The notes below the pieces were generated by a model. That model saw only the letters and a list, made by a program, of their open reading frames with translations. It did not search any database and had not been told where the DNA came from. The position numbers and the translations under genes are program-made. DNA of 62,843 bases, filler included, from Octopus bimaculoides (Eukaryota), in assembly GCF_001194135.2 (NCBI RefSeq). It is 8 parts of 8 records of this genome, joined end to end, with 100 filler letters (N's around TTAATTAATTAA, not from the genome) between each part and the next. Parts side by side here need not be neighbours in the genome. Positions count along the whole stretch, not along the records: positions 31,799 to 52,130 come from NC_068986.1; positions 52,231 to 54,258 come from NW_026433105.1; 6 more parts are not named here. One strand, written 5' to 3'. The number at the start of each line of letters is the position of its first letter. The first letter of the stretch is position 1. Of this stretch, positions 38,716 through 52,671 are shown piece by piece.

Positions 38716-39326
38716 TATATGTATGTAAAATTCCGGTAATATCACGTCTGATAACGTAAAGCGATAGGTACATACAAATTAGTGCCCAGGTTGACTAGTT
38801 GCCTGGATCTCCAACTTGATCGACTATTAAAGGTGGTTATATTATAGCTTCCTTACAATGAATGCCTCTAGTCTTTCAGGAATTATGCTGGTATACTAGA
38901 ATAAAAGTATAAAACGGATTTTTAGAAATATATTTTTTTAACATGAAGGTTGGGGTGTACAAGGGAGCATAAGAAAAGAATCTGCACACCTTTGTTCTTA
39001 TGATCCATTCTATATATATATATATNNNNNNNNNNNNNNNNNNNNNNNNNNNNNNNNNNNNNNNNNNNNNNNNNNNNNNNNNNNNNNNNNNNNNNNNNNN
39101 NNNNNNNNNNNNNNNNNNNNNNNNNNNNNNNNNNNNNNNNNNNNNNNNNNNNNNNNNNNNNNNNNNNNNNNNNNNNNNNNNNNNNNNNNNNNNNNNNNNN
39201 NNNNNNNNNNNNNNNNNNNNNNNNNNNNNNNNNNNNNNNNNNNNNNNNNNNNNNNNNNNNNNNNNNNNNNNNNNNNNNNNNNNNNNNNNNNNNNNNNNNN
39301 NNNNNNNNNNNNNNNNNNNNNNNNNN

Positions 39327-39359
<33 letters not shown>

Positions 39360-39368
39360 TGTGTGTGT

Positions 39369-39410
<42 letters not shown>

Positions 39411-40154
39411 ATTTGCCAATAAAAACGAAGCTCCGTTAATGATTATTATTATTATTATCATCAGCATCCTCATCATCATAATCATCATCATCATCATCAT
39501 CATCATTATTATATAACTAATTATGATTGTGTATTCGAGTGATTAACCAAACATTCGATGAAACAAACCGTTGGTTTGTCGGAGTCCTCTGAGTTTTCTG
39601 GCTGTAACAGACCTTAAACAGTCGATGTTACCTCATTCATAAAGTCACAAGTGGTTACATTCAAAACGCTTAAGAAGAATGCAAATAAATAGCTGTTCGT
39701 TTAAAGAGCGAAAGCGAAATTTAAATAGTATGAATAATTAATATTTTGCATTAAATGTTTGCCTAATTTGCATTAAACGTTTCCTTAAAATTTGAAAACA
39801 AATATTGTGCTTTTCTTAATTAAGTAGTTTTAATAATTGAAACAATTAAACACACTCATATCTCATAAGAAATCCAGTTACTTTAATTCGAGTAATTGTT
39901 TAATGAAACCCAACTACATAACAGCAGAAAGGTATGCTTCAAATGTTTAGCGCAACTCACTCCATCATTCCAGATAAATGCATGTCTTACACCACACGCA
40001 CGTTCGGAAAAACATTGAGATCCCTTTTCAAATCGTACCATAGCCAATTTAGATGTTAGATTTGTCTTATCATCGGTACAACTCCACCAGCTAACGTCTT
40101 CTATGATATTAGTGGAGTCCATTCAGTTGTGATATATCTGCTATTTAAGGCATC

Positions 40155-40362
40155 CTGCTGGCAGAAACGTTACCACGCCGGGCAAAATGCTTAGCGATAA
40201 TTCGTCTGTCTTTACGCTCCAAGTTCAAATTCCGACGAGGTCACCTTTGCCTTTCATCCTTTTGGAGGTCGATAAATTGAGAACCGTTTGCGTACTGGGG
40301 TCGATCTAATCGACTGGCTGCCTCCCTAAAAATTTCGGGCCTTTTGCCTAGAGTAGAAAAGG
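40155..40362 (+). mobile_element. SINE family B
   Basis: CTGGCAGAAACGTTA...AAGTTCAAATTCCGACGAGGTC...CCTAGAGTAGAAAAG. Confidence 0.8.
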
Positions 40363-40853
40363 ATACATCTGCTATTTCGCTCTAATTTCAAGCAGCGCTT
40401 TCATTTCCGTTATCTGCTTCCTCAAGTCTCACAACCATATCAAGATTTTCTAATTCAGTCTCGTGATCAATATTAGGTACATCATCAACATTTTTCAATT
40501 TAAACAAAAAATTCCTGATGCAACATCTCCGGTAACAATATTACTTCATGATCGAAAAAAAAACATTTTAGCTTTGATACCCTGAATTTTGTAAAGCGTA
40601 CAAGCTCAAACCCCAAAATCCGGATAGCGATAGCTTATGTCATCTATTTTACATAAAATGCATCTAATTAGTAACTTTATATCTACATATTTTCTATAGA
40701 ACATAGAGACAGCAGGGAAAGTTACGGCGTTTTGTATACGTCTATGTAAACAATGCGACCGAAGATACAAAAATATGTAACGAGTGTAGAGGAACATTTT
40801 AGGACTTATTGCTCCTTCTCCAACATCGCATCCAACTCATCAACTAGCCACGA

Positions 40854-41209
40854 GGGCAGCGGACTCGCGGTCGCAGGATCGTGGTTTCGATTCTCAGACC
40901 GGCGTTGTGAGTGTTTATTGAGTAAAGCACCTAAAGTTCCACAAGGCTCCGGCAGTGGATGGTGGCGAACCCTGCTGTACTCTTTCACCACAACTTACTC
41001 TCACTCTTTCTTCCTGTTTCTGTTGTACCTGCATTTCAAAGGGTCAGCCTTGTCACACTCTGTGTCACGCTGAATATCCCCGAGAACTACGTTAAGGGTA
41101 CACGTGTCTGTGGAGTGCTCAGCCACTTGCATGTTAATTTCACGAGTTTGCTGTTCCGTTGATCAGATCAACTGGAACCCTCGTCGTCGTAACCGACGGA
41201 GCGCCAACA
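40854..41209 (+). mobile_element. tRNA-derived SINE family A, 5' truncated
   Basis: Colinear with 13840-14194. Confidence 0.85.
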
Positions 41210-43155
41210 GTATTGGAGAGACCAATTTACATTCTTAAACAGTTTCCTGGCAATTGGTGTGTATTTATTAATTGCCGTTTGGGAAATTTATTTGGCTACC
41301 AAGTATTAGCCAAGTATTGACTTCGTACCAAACATCTTTCTCATTAAATTCCATACGAAACTAAGCGATTGACTTGTAACATAAACACTGAGTGACACTT
41401 AGATTTAAGTTCACGGAATATGGTAGTGTCTAAATGTTGAATAAAATTAATTACATTTTTTAAGGTGTAACTTAGTTTTCGAAAATTACTTCTTTAAAAG
41501 AAGTTCTGCCTTCGGATATGTACAGCAAGAGTGTTACAGGGGATCGTTAGTTCCGAGAATAAATCATTCCTAAAGCAGATCAATCTCATGTGGTAATGCT
41601 AATTGAAATCCATCGCTGATAGCGCCGGTGGGTTGCTCCAAAATTTATGCAGCTCTGTAGTTATTCCCATTCATTATAATCTATTCATGATTCTGTGTAC
41701 ATCTTCTAAGGAAATCTTGTAGAAGTGCCACTCCAATACAAAGCAGAGTCGTCCATAAAACAAGACATGAACATTAAGTTGTTGTTTTTTTCCCAGAAAC
41801 TAATTTGTTAAATACATTGAAAACAAATACCCGGTGCTCCTTTATCCGCCGTACGATTATTTGAGCCAAAGCGCTGATTGAAACCACAAAGCCAAACATC
41901 TATAACCATATTTGTAAACGCGTGCTTGCTTGTGACAAAATATTATAACGCGTTCTTTCGTGATATCTCCATACAGATCAGCATGCTTATTTACGCTGGC
42001 TTTTTATCATGTTACCATATTTTCATCGAATTCAGAGCTTCTCATGTCTCTCTGCTTTACACTTGTGCATAAGATTTTGTTTGATTCCACAGTTATTTAA
42101 ACAAATGGAGTGCTTTTTACCTTTGTCTCCTTCTCATACGCTGTACAAGAGTAATTTTGTATAATTCACACACCATTCTACCAGAAAATCCGTGGATGAA
42201 ATGTTTTTTCAATGAAGAGCGTTTTCTGTTTACTCTATGCAAAACACTTCGTTGATCCATTTGAGCTATGGCCAGAACTAACCGTGATTGGATTTTAATA
42301 ATAAACAAAAACAAAACATAATAACGAGAGTAGGGTTGAGTAGCAGTACTGGAGTGGTTGTGTTAGAATCTGACATCACAAACAGTGCTGCCAGAACAGT
42401 AGGTGCAGCTCGAAACGCTGCAACAGAAAATATGCCCCAATTAAGGATGTATTGTATTATCTTTGCTCGGATTATTCAAGGCCGACATTGTTATATTATA
42501 AAACATTACAGCAAAACGTAGTAAAATTTGCATGTCAAAAAAATCTTCCCTGTTTCCAGTTAATATGTGCGTTGCTTATAACTAATAATCGTAGTTTTTC
42601 TCACTCGGTTTCCCTCGTTACACAGCTTGCAAAGGATAGCATATCAAATATATACAACTTATATTAGCATCATGCTGGAAAAAAGATCACATGTGGTAGA
42701 ATATAGAGCTGTTTAGTTAAATAAATGTACATAAAATGTGAAGACACAGCTTGTGTTTGGAGTAGGTTTAAACATGTTTTTAATGATTTTTATTGATTTT
42801 TCAAAAGCACTTTTAGAAGAATTTTTCAAAAGTCTCTTGACAACATTAATTAATAAGAAAGTAATAAATATCTTAAAATTAGTGCATGTATTTATGTACA
42901 TTTGATTTTAAATAAATTTTAAAATACAACATAATTCCAAATTTTTAATTGAATTGTTATTTATTGATATNNNNNNNNNNNNNNNNNNNNNNNNNNNNNN
43001 NNNNNNNNNNNNNNNNNNNNNNNNNNNNNNNNNNNNNNNNNNNNNNNNNNNNNNNNNNNNNNNNNNNNNNNNNNNNNNNNNNNNNNNNNNNNNNNNNNNN
43101 NNNNNNNNNNNNNNNNNNNNNNNNNNNNNNNNNNNNNNNNNNNNNNNNNNNNNNN

Positions 43156-43219
<64 letters not shown>

Positions 43220-43934
43220 CGTATATACGTATATGTGTGTGTCTGCTGACAAAGACACATGTAGACGAACACACTCACACTTACATACACAAATAGAGTA
43301 CGGCTTCTCTTCCGGACATGTTATATTAAAGACGACACTGATTCCAAGTAAAGGCCAATGAGTCTAAACGTACAATATATATATATATATATATACATAC
43401 TTACCGTATCCCTTTACCGACAGGTTCAGTAATAAAGAAGTTCTGCATAGACTAGCTTACATGTTACCTGGTAGCACCTCATTTAATATGCTGGAAGTAA
43501 ATTATTTGGATTGGTTTGAGTTGTTTCCATGCCTTTTGTATTGTCTGGTTGACTTTGTAGATGCAATATAATGTCTGCCACATAATGTAAAAGTTCGAGA
43601 ATATCTTATTCAGGGTTACATTATTTTAAAGGGGTTCCTTTGCATTGCCAATGACGTTTATACTAGAAATATAATGTTGCAACTCGGTCAGCAAAAATGA
43701 TTGTAGAGTTTTTTTAGTAGAAAGCTTCTGGTAATGTGACTGAATTTGTCCGTGAATGTGTTGGTAAGAATGAGTGAAATGATGGGCTTTAGTGAGTGTG
43801 GAGTATTTGTTTTAAGATTTTGTGTTTTAAAGGTGGTAACTGGATAGAGTTGTCTATGCATTTATAATGGTGTTGTTGGATACTTAAGAGAATGTGAATT
43901 TTAGAAAATTTGAAAGAACGAAATAAATATTGGT

Positions 43935-44455
43935 TAAAGGTCAAGTCGATTACATTGACCCCATGATCAATTTGTACTTAATTTATCGACCCAGCTCGCC
44001 ACCTTAGAGCGAAGTAAATATTAATTTCAAATTTTGTCACAAGGCCAGCAATTGCGAGGGAGGCGTAAAGTTGCGTACATCGATCCCCAATGCTCAACTG
44101 GTGCCTATTTTATAGACCCTGGAATGATAAAAGATAAGATCGACCTCGGCAAAATTTGAACTCAGTAAGTGCAGACGGACAAAATCCCGCTAAACGTTTC
44201 CCCGGCGTGCTAACGATTCTTATTTCTTTATTGCTGACAAAGGGCTAAACATAGAGAGAACAAACATGGACAGACAAAGGGATTAAGTCGATTACATCGA
44301 CCCCAGTGCGTAACTGGATCTTAATTTATCGACCCGAAAGGATGAAAGGCAAAGACCACCTCGGCGGAATTTGAACTCAGAACGTAACGGCAGACGAAAT
44401 ACTGCTAAGCATTTCTCCCGGTGTGCTAGCGATTCTACCAGCTCGCCACCTTAGA
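43935..44455 (-). mobile_element. Three tandem SINE family B copies (one partial)
   Basis: The body AAGTCGATTACAT.GACCCC...TTAATTTATCGACCC recurs at ~43943, ~44068 and ~44285 with different tails. Confidence 0.75.
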
Positions 44456-45520
44456 ACGAAGGAAATATTTACTGGAAAATGTAGCCAACTGGATATTTGG
44501 CTGTTGCTTATCTCCCGTTCGTGAGACGTTTCAATTGGGAAGAAGGAATTTATATGTGAGCCTACCTTTTAAAATTTATATAAGTATCTGATAGTTTTAA
44601 TATAAGCAGAGCGTGTTTACTTCTATAATGCGTTTTCCTGATCCAGTTGTATGTCGCTCCAGTGATTTGAAATCCCTGTATTAAATGTTATAGTCGATGA
44701 TTATGACTTTCAAATTCCAGAATGGGGAGCAGATATCTTGAAACTCCTTTTATCTGTGTATCTGAAGATGGCTCATGGTATTATGGCTATTATTAGTTTG
44801 AAGACCTCATTAATACATTTTCAGTGTCGCATAGACTAATTTACGTTGCGCACTTGAACTGTGATATGACTCTGCATTTCCTCTTGATCACAGCTACGAT
44901 TATAGTTGTATTTCAGATCTCATCGCAGCTGAGTCTCATGACAGCAACGTCATACGTGAACTAGTTGGCTTGTGCAAACTAGACTGTGTCAAACCCAAAT
45001 TACCGGATTATTTCAGGATGATGGAATCGTCTTTAACACATCTGCGATGATTATACTTAAATGAACTCATAAAAAGGAAAAAGAATTAACTTCCTGATTA
45101 ATAAAATAGACTCAGACTTAACTAAAACCGATTCGCTAGATATTATCTTGAAACTACAGTCCTTGGAAGAATTTAGCAAATCAGCAAAATCAGCTTTAGT
45201 TAATTCTTTGGCTACAGTAATAATAAATAATGTTATTAATATACTAAAAAAAACAACTTTCATAGATCAAATAAAATACTTAGATATACAAATATGATGG
45301 TTAAAAAAATTTAATAACTGACATTCTAAGAGAATCACTAAACTTCCTGCTTTAAAAGAAATGTTCCATAGAGCACTCATTTCGTACAACAGATCGGGAT
45401 GACATATCGGTTTCAAGAAAAATATCATATACGACGAGGATCACACAATTACGGTAAGAAATAGGACATACTTCCACAGATTTTCTATGAATATTAAAAC
45501 AATTGCTGGAGAAATATGAA

Positions 45521-45851
45521 GGTGCATGGCTCAGTGGTTAAAGCGTCAGGCTCACAATGATTGGGTAGCAAATTCGACTCTCGTTCCTGGTTGTGTGTTG
45601 TGTTCTTGAGCTAGACATTTCATTTCACGTTGCTCCAGTTCACTCAGCTGTAGAAAAGAGTTATGACGTCACTGGTGCCAACCTGTATCGGCTTTTGTCT
45701 TTCCCTTGGATAACATCGGTGGCATGGAGAGGGGAGGCATGGTATGCATGGGTGACTGTTGGTCTTCCATAAACAGCCTTGCTCGGACTTGTGCCACGGA
45801 GTATAACTTTCTAGGTTCAATCCAATGGTCATTCATGACTGAAGGGCGGCC
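45521..45851 (+). mobile_element. tRNA/CORE SINE family D
   Basis: A box TGGCTCAGTGG, B-box-like AATTCGACTC, CORE-like TTCTTGAGCTAGACA...CAGTTCACTCAGCTGTAGAAA. Confidence 0.75.
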
Positions 45852-46387
45852 TTTTTTATATTGGAAGAAAGTTTCTCCTTTTCGTTCTCCCTCTTACTCT
45901 CAGTCTCACACTCTGTGCGTGTGTGTGCATTTACACATGAGATTGCGGCAGTAAATCATTGAGAATACATCGCTTAGAGCATGCATGGGTAATATTTGGC
46001 CCTCGACATATTGTTTTGCGGCCCTCGAGGCGTTTCTAGGTTACTTATTTCATACTAAAACAAAGAAAATTAAGAAGAACTGCAAAATATTCAGTGTAAA
46101 GTGGGAAAGTAATATTTCATGCATATGTGCTTTATCATGCGGCTCTCTCCCACTTGGAAGTGGTACGACGCGGCCCCATTTGACGAAAAGTTGCCCATCA
46201 CTGACTGTCAGAAACCCTATATAGATCTGCAGATTAAGGTATAAAGAAATTTGCAATAAACCGAGGTCTAGAGATTCTACGGGTGATTTAAATATCGAAA
46301 ATGAAAAAAGAAAAACAAATTTACGAAATCATAAAGCCTTTAAAAATAAGCCAACCAGAAAAGACGCCCAGCGTATTTTCAACTTCT

Positions 46388-46476
<89 letters not shown>

Positions 46477-47054
46477 GTGTGTGTGAGTGTTTGTGTGTGT
46501 GTGTGTGTGTGCGTGCGTTTCTATAAACTCATTCGCTAAAATAATATACTTAATATACGTAATATATCAATAGATATGAAATTGAATTACAATGCAACAA
46601 TTGTAAATAGATGCAATACAATCACTTATTAATGTCCTTCCTTTTGTTTATAGCTGCGTGTGTGTGTGTCTCTCTCTCTATATATATACGTGTGTGTGTA
46701 TATGTATGTGTGCATGTGTGTGAGTATATCTGTGTGTCTTTTTGTCTATATGTGTATGTGTGTGTGAGTGTGTGTATGTTTTAGCATACATATGTTTGTG
46801 TGTGTGAGTATGTCTTTTTGTATATATGTGTATATGTGAGCGTGTGTGTGTCTTTTTGTATATGTGTGTGAATGTGTGAGTCTTTTTGTATATATGTGTG
46901 TGTGTGTGTTTTTGTAATTTTTGTGTGAGTGTGTGTGTGTCTTTTTCTATATGTGTGTATGTGTGCGTGACTGTGTGTGTGTATTTTTGTATATAGTGTG
47001 TATGTGTGTGTGCGTGTGTGTATGAATGTGCGTGTGTCCTTTTGTATATATGCA

Positions 47055-47109
<55 letters not shown>

Positions 47110-47110
47110 C
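46388..47110. repeat. (GT)n run followed by a degenerate GT-based compound minisatellite
   Basis: Long GT run at 46388-46515; from ~46680 recurring TGTGTGTCTTTTTGTATATA-like units. Confidence 0.85.
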
Positions 47111-47479
47111 AGAAACTGACATACAGAGAATATGCAAATAGCTCTCAATAATTTTCGGCAATTACAATTCAGCTGTTTGGTAACTGAATTACCTGAATTT
47201 TGAATTTTCTTTATGTGACTGAGTATTCCGGAGATCTGGCATCTAAATTTAATCTTGAAGAAGTATCAGCATGAGATTTTCTGCATCAAATTTGCAATTT
47301 AGAATTAAAGTTTTTATTCATCCAACGGCGTTTCCGCACAGTTTCCCATTATCCAATTTCATTTAGATGACTTGGGTACACCTGTGAGCAGCTATGCTGA
47401 ATATAAGGTGACCACGGTACCACAAAGTGTTATTCTACAGAGGACTTGACAATTGGAAAAAAATTGCTTAACCATTATA

Positions 47480-47892
47480 GGCGTAGGAGTGGCAGTGTGG
47501 TAAGTAGCTTGCTTATGAACCACATGGTTCCGGGTTCAGTCCTACTGCGTAGCACCTTGGGCAAGTTTTTTCTACTATAGCCTCGGGCCGACCAAACCTT
47601 GTGAGTGGATTTGGTAGACGTAAAAACTGAAAGAAGTCCGTCGTACATATGTATACATGTATATGTGTTTGTGTGTGTGTATGCTTGTGTGTCTGTGTCC
47701 CCCAACATCGCTTGACAACCGATACTGGTGTGTTTACGTCCTCGTAACTAAGTAGTTCAGCAAAAAAGTCTGATAGAATAAGTACTAGGCTTACAGAGAA
47801 TAAGTCCTGGGGTCGGTTTTCTCGACTAAAGGCAGTGCTCCAGCATGGCCGCAGTCAAATGACTGAAACAAGTAAAAGAGAGAGTAAAAGAG
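47480..47892 (+). mobile_element. tRNA/CORE-type SINE family C, full length
   Basis: Head GGCGTAGGAGTGGC.GTGTGGTAAG...GGGTTCAGTCC, CORE-like ACCTTGGGCAAGT, internal (TA/TG)n, tail CAGCATGGCCGCAGTCAAATGACTGAAACAAGTAAAAGAG. Confidence 0.85.
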
Positions 47893-50117
47893 ATTCCACC
47901 AAGCCATGCTCCGAATTAAATGCTCAAAGTCTGAATGCGTATATGACTGTGAGCCTGTGATTGCGTTGACGTTTCACCGCTACTATGACAATCAGCGTGA
48001 TTCCTTCTTTAAGCATGAGTCCGAAAGTTAAGTCAACGGATATGCGTTACCACTAGATTAAATCTCCAAGCGGTTTAAATGCATAAGTCTCCGATATTGA
48101 AGTAGCTAAACACTTTTAGAAGATGGGCAGCCAGGAGATACGAACCAGATGCTACCCGAACCCACAGTGTATAAGACGTTGAGAGACCGAAGAATTTACC
48201 AGATGGAGGTTTCATCTCAGAAGACCTTCTGAAGTTCATCTCTCTTCAATGTTTCTTCCCATAATCCACAGCAGTGTTATTCATTTGTGTTTTCGAAAAT
48301 ATTTCAAATTAAATTTATACAAACAATTCATTTAATTTCGAAATATACTTTCTGAAATATTTCATTAATTAATGCAGTTTGCATTTAATGCAATTCACTG
48401 CGGGATTCTTACATGAGTGTATGCCAGTAAAAATATGTGTGTAAGTGGTGGTTTTTGTTTGTATGTGTATGGCTTGGTATGTGTGCCTGAGTTAATAAAT
48501 AACAACAAAATTAAGTTCATACTATATATACATATGCCTATATGTATACATACATACGTGTATACATGTATACAAATATATATATANNNNNNNNNNNNNN
48601 NNNNNNNNNNNNNNNNNNNNNNNNNNNNNNNNNNNNNNNNNNNNNNNNNNNNNNNNNNNNNNNNNNNNNNNNNNNNNNNNNNNNNNNNNNNNNNNNNNNN
48701 NNNNNNNNNNNNNNNNNNNNNNNNNNNNNNNNNNNNNNNNNNNNNNNNNNNNNNNNNNNNNNNNNNNNNNNNNNNNNNNNNNNNNNNNNNNNNNNNNNNN
48801 NNNNNNNNNNNNNNNNNNNNNNNNNNNNNNNNNNNNNNNNNNNNNNNNNNNNNNNNNNNNNNNNNNNNNNNNNNNNNNNNNNNNNNNNNNNNNNNNNNNN
48901 NNNNNNNNNNNNNNNNNNNNNNNNNNNNNNNNNNNNNNNNNNNNNNNNNNNNNNNNNNNNNNNNNNNNNNNNNNNNNNNNNNNNNNNNNNNNNNNNNNNN
49001 NNNNNNNNNNNNNNNNNNNNNNNNNNNNNNNNNNNNNNNNNNNNNNNNNNNNNNNNNNNNNNNNNNNNNNNNNNNNNNNNNNNNNNNNNNNNNNNNNNNN
49101 NNNTTTAAATTGGTGAATGCTACCATAATCTTTGCCTTTAGTTCATCTTTGGTGTTAGAAGTTTAGTTGGTCTCTCGTGGAACTCTTCCCCATACATAAT
49201 AGTATTATCCCTCACCGACTAAGCAAAATCCAAACTAAACATGCAATAGAGGAGCAATTAAGTCTACGGTTCCTCCAAAGACAAATGCCTCAAATAGATT
49301 TCATTATATGTTAATAACGCGTTAATTAAAATTTAAAAAGAAACAACATATCAATAACTACCGTTACCATTTGTCTCGTATCACAACAGAAACACTATGA
49401 GGGTGTTTAAATTTAGACCTCCGATATTCACAGTTAAAATTTCGTCAACTTTATCCATTTTTTCTTTGAGCTTAGTTAATATAAAGTGTAGGAATGGGTT
49501 AAATATATTCTAACGTTCCATTATTATGAGTGAGCTACTTTATTTTATTAATAATAGTAAGCATTATTCATTGCATGCAGAAGGATAAATTCATAGAATC
49601 GTTAGAGCATAGGAAAAAAATTACATTTGAAGTATCTTTTACGTCTAGAATTCGAGTGGTTTCTCAATCAACTTCGCCTTTCATCTCTTAACGATGGATG
49701 GAAATGCAAACAAACCAAGTAATGCAGGAGTAATTAAATCCAAAGATCCTCCGTAGACCGGTGTCTGTGTTAAAAGCCATTATATGTTTATGACACTTAA
49801 ATTAATTAAAATTTGAAAAAACACCAATTATCGGCATATCAATCATATTAATAAGTTAATAAAATTAAAATAGATCCCATGTGTAAAATATATTTTCTTT
49901 TGTTTGATTTTTTAAAGAGAATTATAATCATTAGCACGTGAATATTCTTTTAATATTTCATTATTAGTTTTTTTTTTTTTTCCCTTGCGCTTTTTATGTG
50001 TGTTTCATACAGACAGAAATAAACGTTATAAGCTACCGGAGCATGACCACGTGTTTCTGTACATATTTTAAAGGCGGTTTAAATAAAATGGTTGGATATA
50101 TATATATATATTTATAC

Positions 50118-50272
50118 AGGCACAGGAGGAAAGAAGATTACTTCCCAACCACATGGTTCCAGGTTGAGTCCCACTGCGTTTCATCTTCGGCAAGTGCCTT
50201 CTACTATAACCTCGAGCCGACCAAAGCCTCGTGAGTGGATGTAGTAGGCGGAAATTGAAAACATCCCGTCGT
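50118..50272 (+). mobile_element. SINE family C, 5' half
   Basis: CCAACCACATGGTTCCAGGTTGAGTCCCACTGCGT...GTGAGTGGATGTAGTAGGCGG...CCCGTCGTATA. Confidence 0.75.
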
Positions 50273-50299
50273 ATATATATATATATATATATATATATA

Positions 50300-50715
50300 G
50301 GTTTTGGAAATTTTGGGGGAGGGGGCCAGTCGATTAGATTGACCACAGTACGCAACTGGTACTTAATTTATCGAGCCCGAAAGGATGAAAGGCAAAGTCG
50401 ACCTCGGTGGAATTTGATCTGAGAACGTAAAGAGAGACGAACAACCACTAAGTATTTCGCACGGCGTGCGAACGTTTCATATTTCTTACTTGCCCACAAG
50501 GGGCTAAACACAGAGGAGGCAAACAAGGACAGACAAAGGGATTATTAAGTCGATTACATCGAGCCCCGTGCGTAACTGGTACTTAATTTACCGACCCCGA
50601 AAGGATGAAAGGCAAAGTTGACCTCGGCGGAATTTGAACTCAGAACGTAGTGGCAGACGAAATACTGCTAAGCATTTCGCCCGATGTTCTAACGTTTCTA
50701 CCAACTCGCCGCCTC
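50300..50715 (-). mobile_element. Two tandem SINE family B copies
   Basis: Two successive GGTACTTAATTTA.CGA.CCCGAAAGGATGAAAGGCAAAGT.GACCTCGG units. Confidence 0.8.
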
Positions 50716-52095
50716 AGTGCGTATTCTATATTCTAACAGCTGGAAAGCATGACCTGTACGTCTCACATTTCTTTCCATCACAATCTGCTGCAGGCTGGAA
50801 ATACTGACTCTATGATTTTATCCTTCGAGGTGGTCATGAATATTCTGCGCAGTCACCATTGGTGGAATGAACATATACAAACTCTAAATGATCTTAGCCG
50901 CCATTTTCCAGATGTCACTTGCTTAATCTACCGCCTTTAAAATTAATGCTGCCATTGTTGCGGCTGCCCCTAAAATGACTGCTGCTGTATTATATAGCGT
51001 CGTAGTTCGTGTTGCTGATATTGATGTTAATAATATTGTTGCCGCTGTTACTGTTCATGAGCAAAAGCCATGAAATTGATGTCGTAAAAGAGGTCCCACC
51101 CAATTTCTCTTTCTTATTGTAAACCAACTGACTACGATATGGCGAATGTTTGGTTGTTATATCTAGCAACTCATGCAGCAGAAATTCCATTGAATGTCAC
51201 ACTTCCCGCTGTTGGTATAATAAATGTTGTATATGATTGTTTTTGGAGATGTTTGAAAACTTTCACTCGAGAGATTACCAAAAGAAAAAAACAAACATCA
51301 TTCTCATTAGCATAGCGACCACAATGTTTCCATCATTATCATCATCACCTTCATCATCATGATTAATTACCACCATTTCTTTCTCGTTTTTTTATGACTT
51401 CGTCATCAAAATATTTCCACTCCACTTCCTACTCCACTTCATCATCATCTTCATCACAATGAACTTCATCATTATCATCATCATTATTATCATGATCATG
51501 ATCATGATCATCATCATCATCATCGTCATCATCATCATCATAATCCCCACCACCACGGCCATCATCAGCGTCATCGACTTCATCACCACCAGGATGTGCG
51601 TAAAATACTTATCGTCATTCCTATCTGTTTACAAATATTGTTTAAACACGGTCAAACATTTATTCTGAAGGAAGCCGAACTAATACGGTTGCTACAAGCA
51701 ATATTCTGACATGTCCATATAGAATAACGGAGAATCACAAGAAAAATTATTATACTTAAATATGTGTACAACACACAGACACACACACATACGCAAACAC
51801 ACACACACACATATACACACACACGAAACACGCACGCACGCACGAAGACACACAGACGCACGCAAACAAATATATGGGTATGTATATATCAAAAGAAAAA
51901 TTGTTACACTTAAATATGTGTATAACACATACGCACACACACACACACACACATACACACGCAAACACACAAGCACGCAAGCACGCACGCAAGCACGCAT
52001 GCACGAAACCGTACACACACACACACACACATACACACACGCAAGCATGCATGCACGCAGACAAACAGAGACACACACATATATACGTATGTATG

Positions 52096-52130
<35 letters not shown>

Positions 52131-52230
52131 NNNNNNNNNNNNNNNNNNNNNNNNNNNNNNNNNNNNNNNNNNNNTTAATTAATTAANNNNNNNNNNNNNN
52201 NNNNNNNNNNNNNNNNNNNNNNNNNNNNNN

Positions 52231-52267
<37 letters not shown>

Positions 52268-52406
52268 ATACATACACATGAGAGAGAAAGAGAGAGAGAT
52301 GGAGGAGATATACATCTTTATCTTGATATCTATGTATGTACATAGATATGTGTTTGTGCATGTATGCATGGATTTGTATGTGTGTGTATATATATATGTG
52401 TGCATG

Positions 52407-52437
<31 letters not shown>

Positions 52438-52638
52438 GTTTGTATATTTATAAATTTACAGATAGTTATGCATGCATACCTGCATATATGCATATGTCTT
52501 AGAAACATGCATGACTATATATATACATCTATATGCATACACACACGTACTTATATACATACACACATATACATATACATATGCATACAGGCATACATAC
52601 ATACACACATACATACATACCAACATACATACATACAA

Positions 52639-52671
<33 letters not shown>

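Noticed and set aside
39883-40122. Possible Tc1 HTH remnant (LTSKLAMVRFEKGSQCFSER)
   Set aside because: Similarity too weak and no TIRs or catalytic motifs in the right order were found.
42121-42417. Minus-strand exon-like segment with good-looking acceptor and donor
   Set aside because: Stop codons in all three frames between the sites; no recognisable protein.
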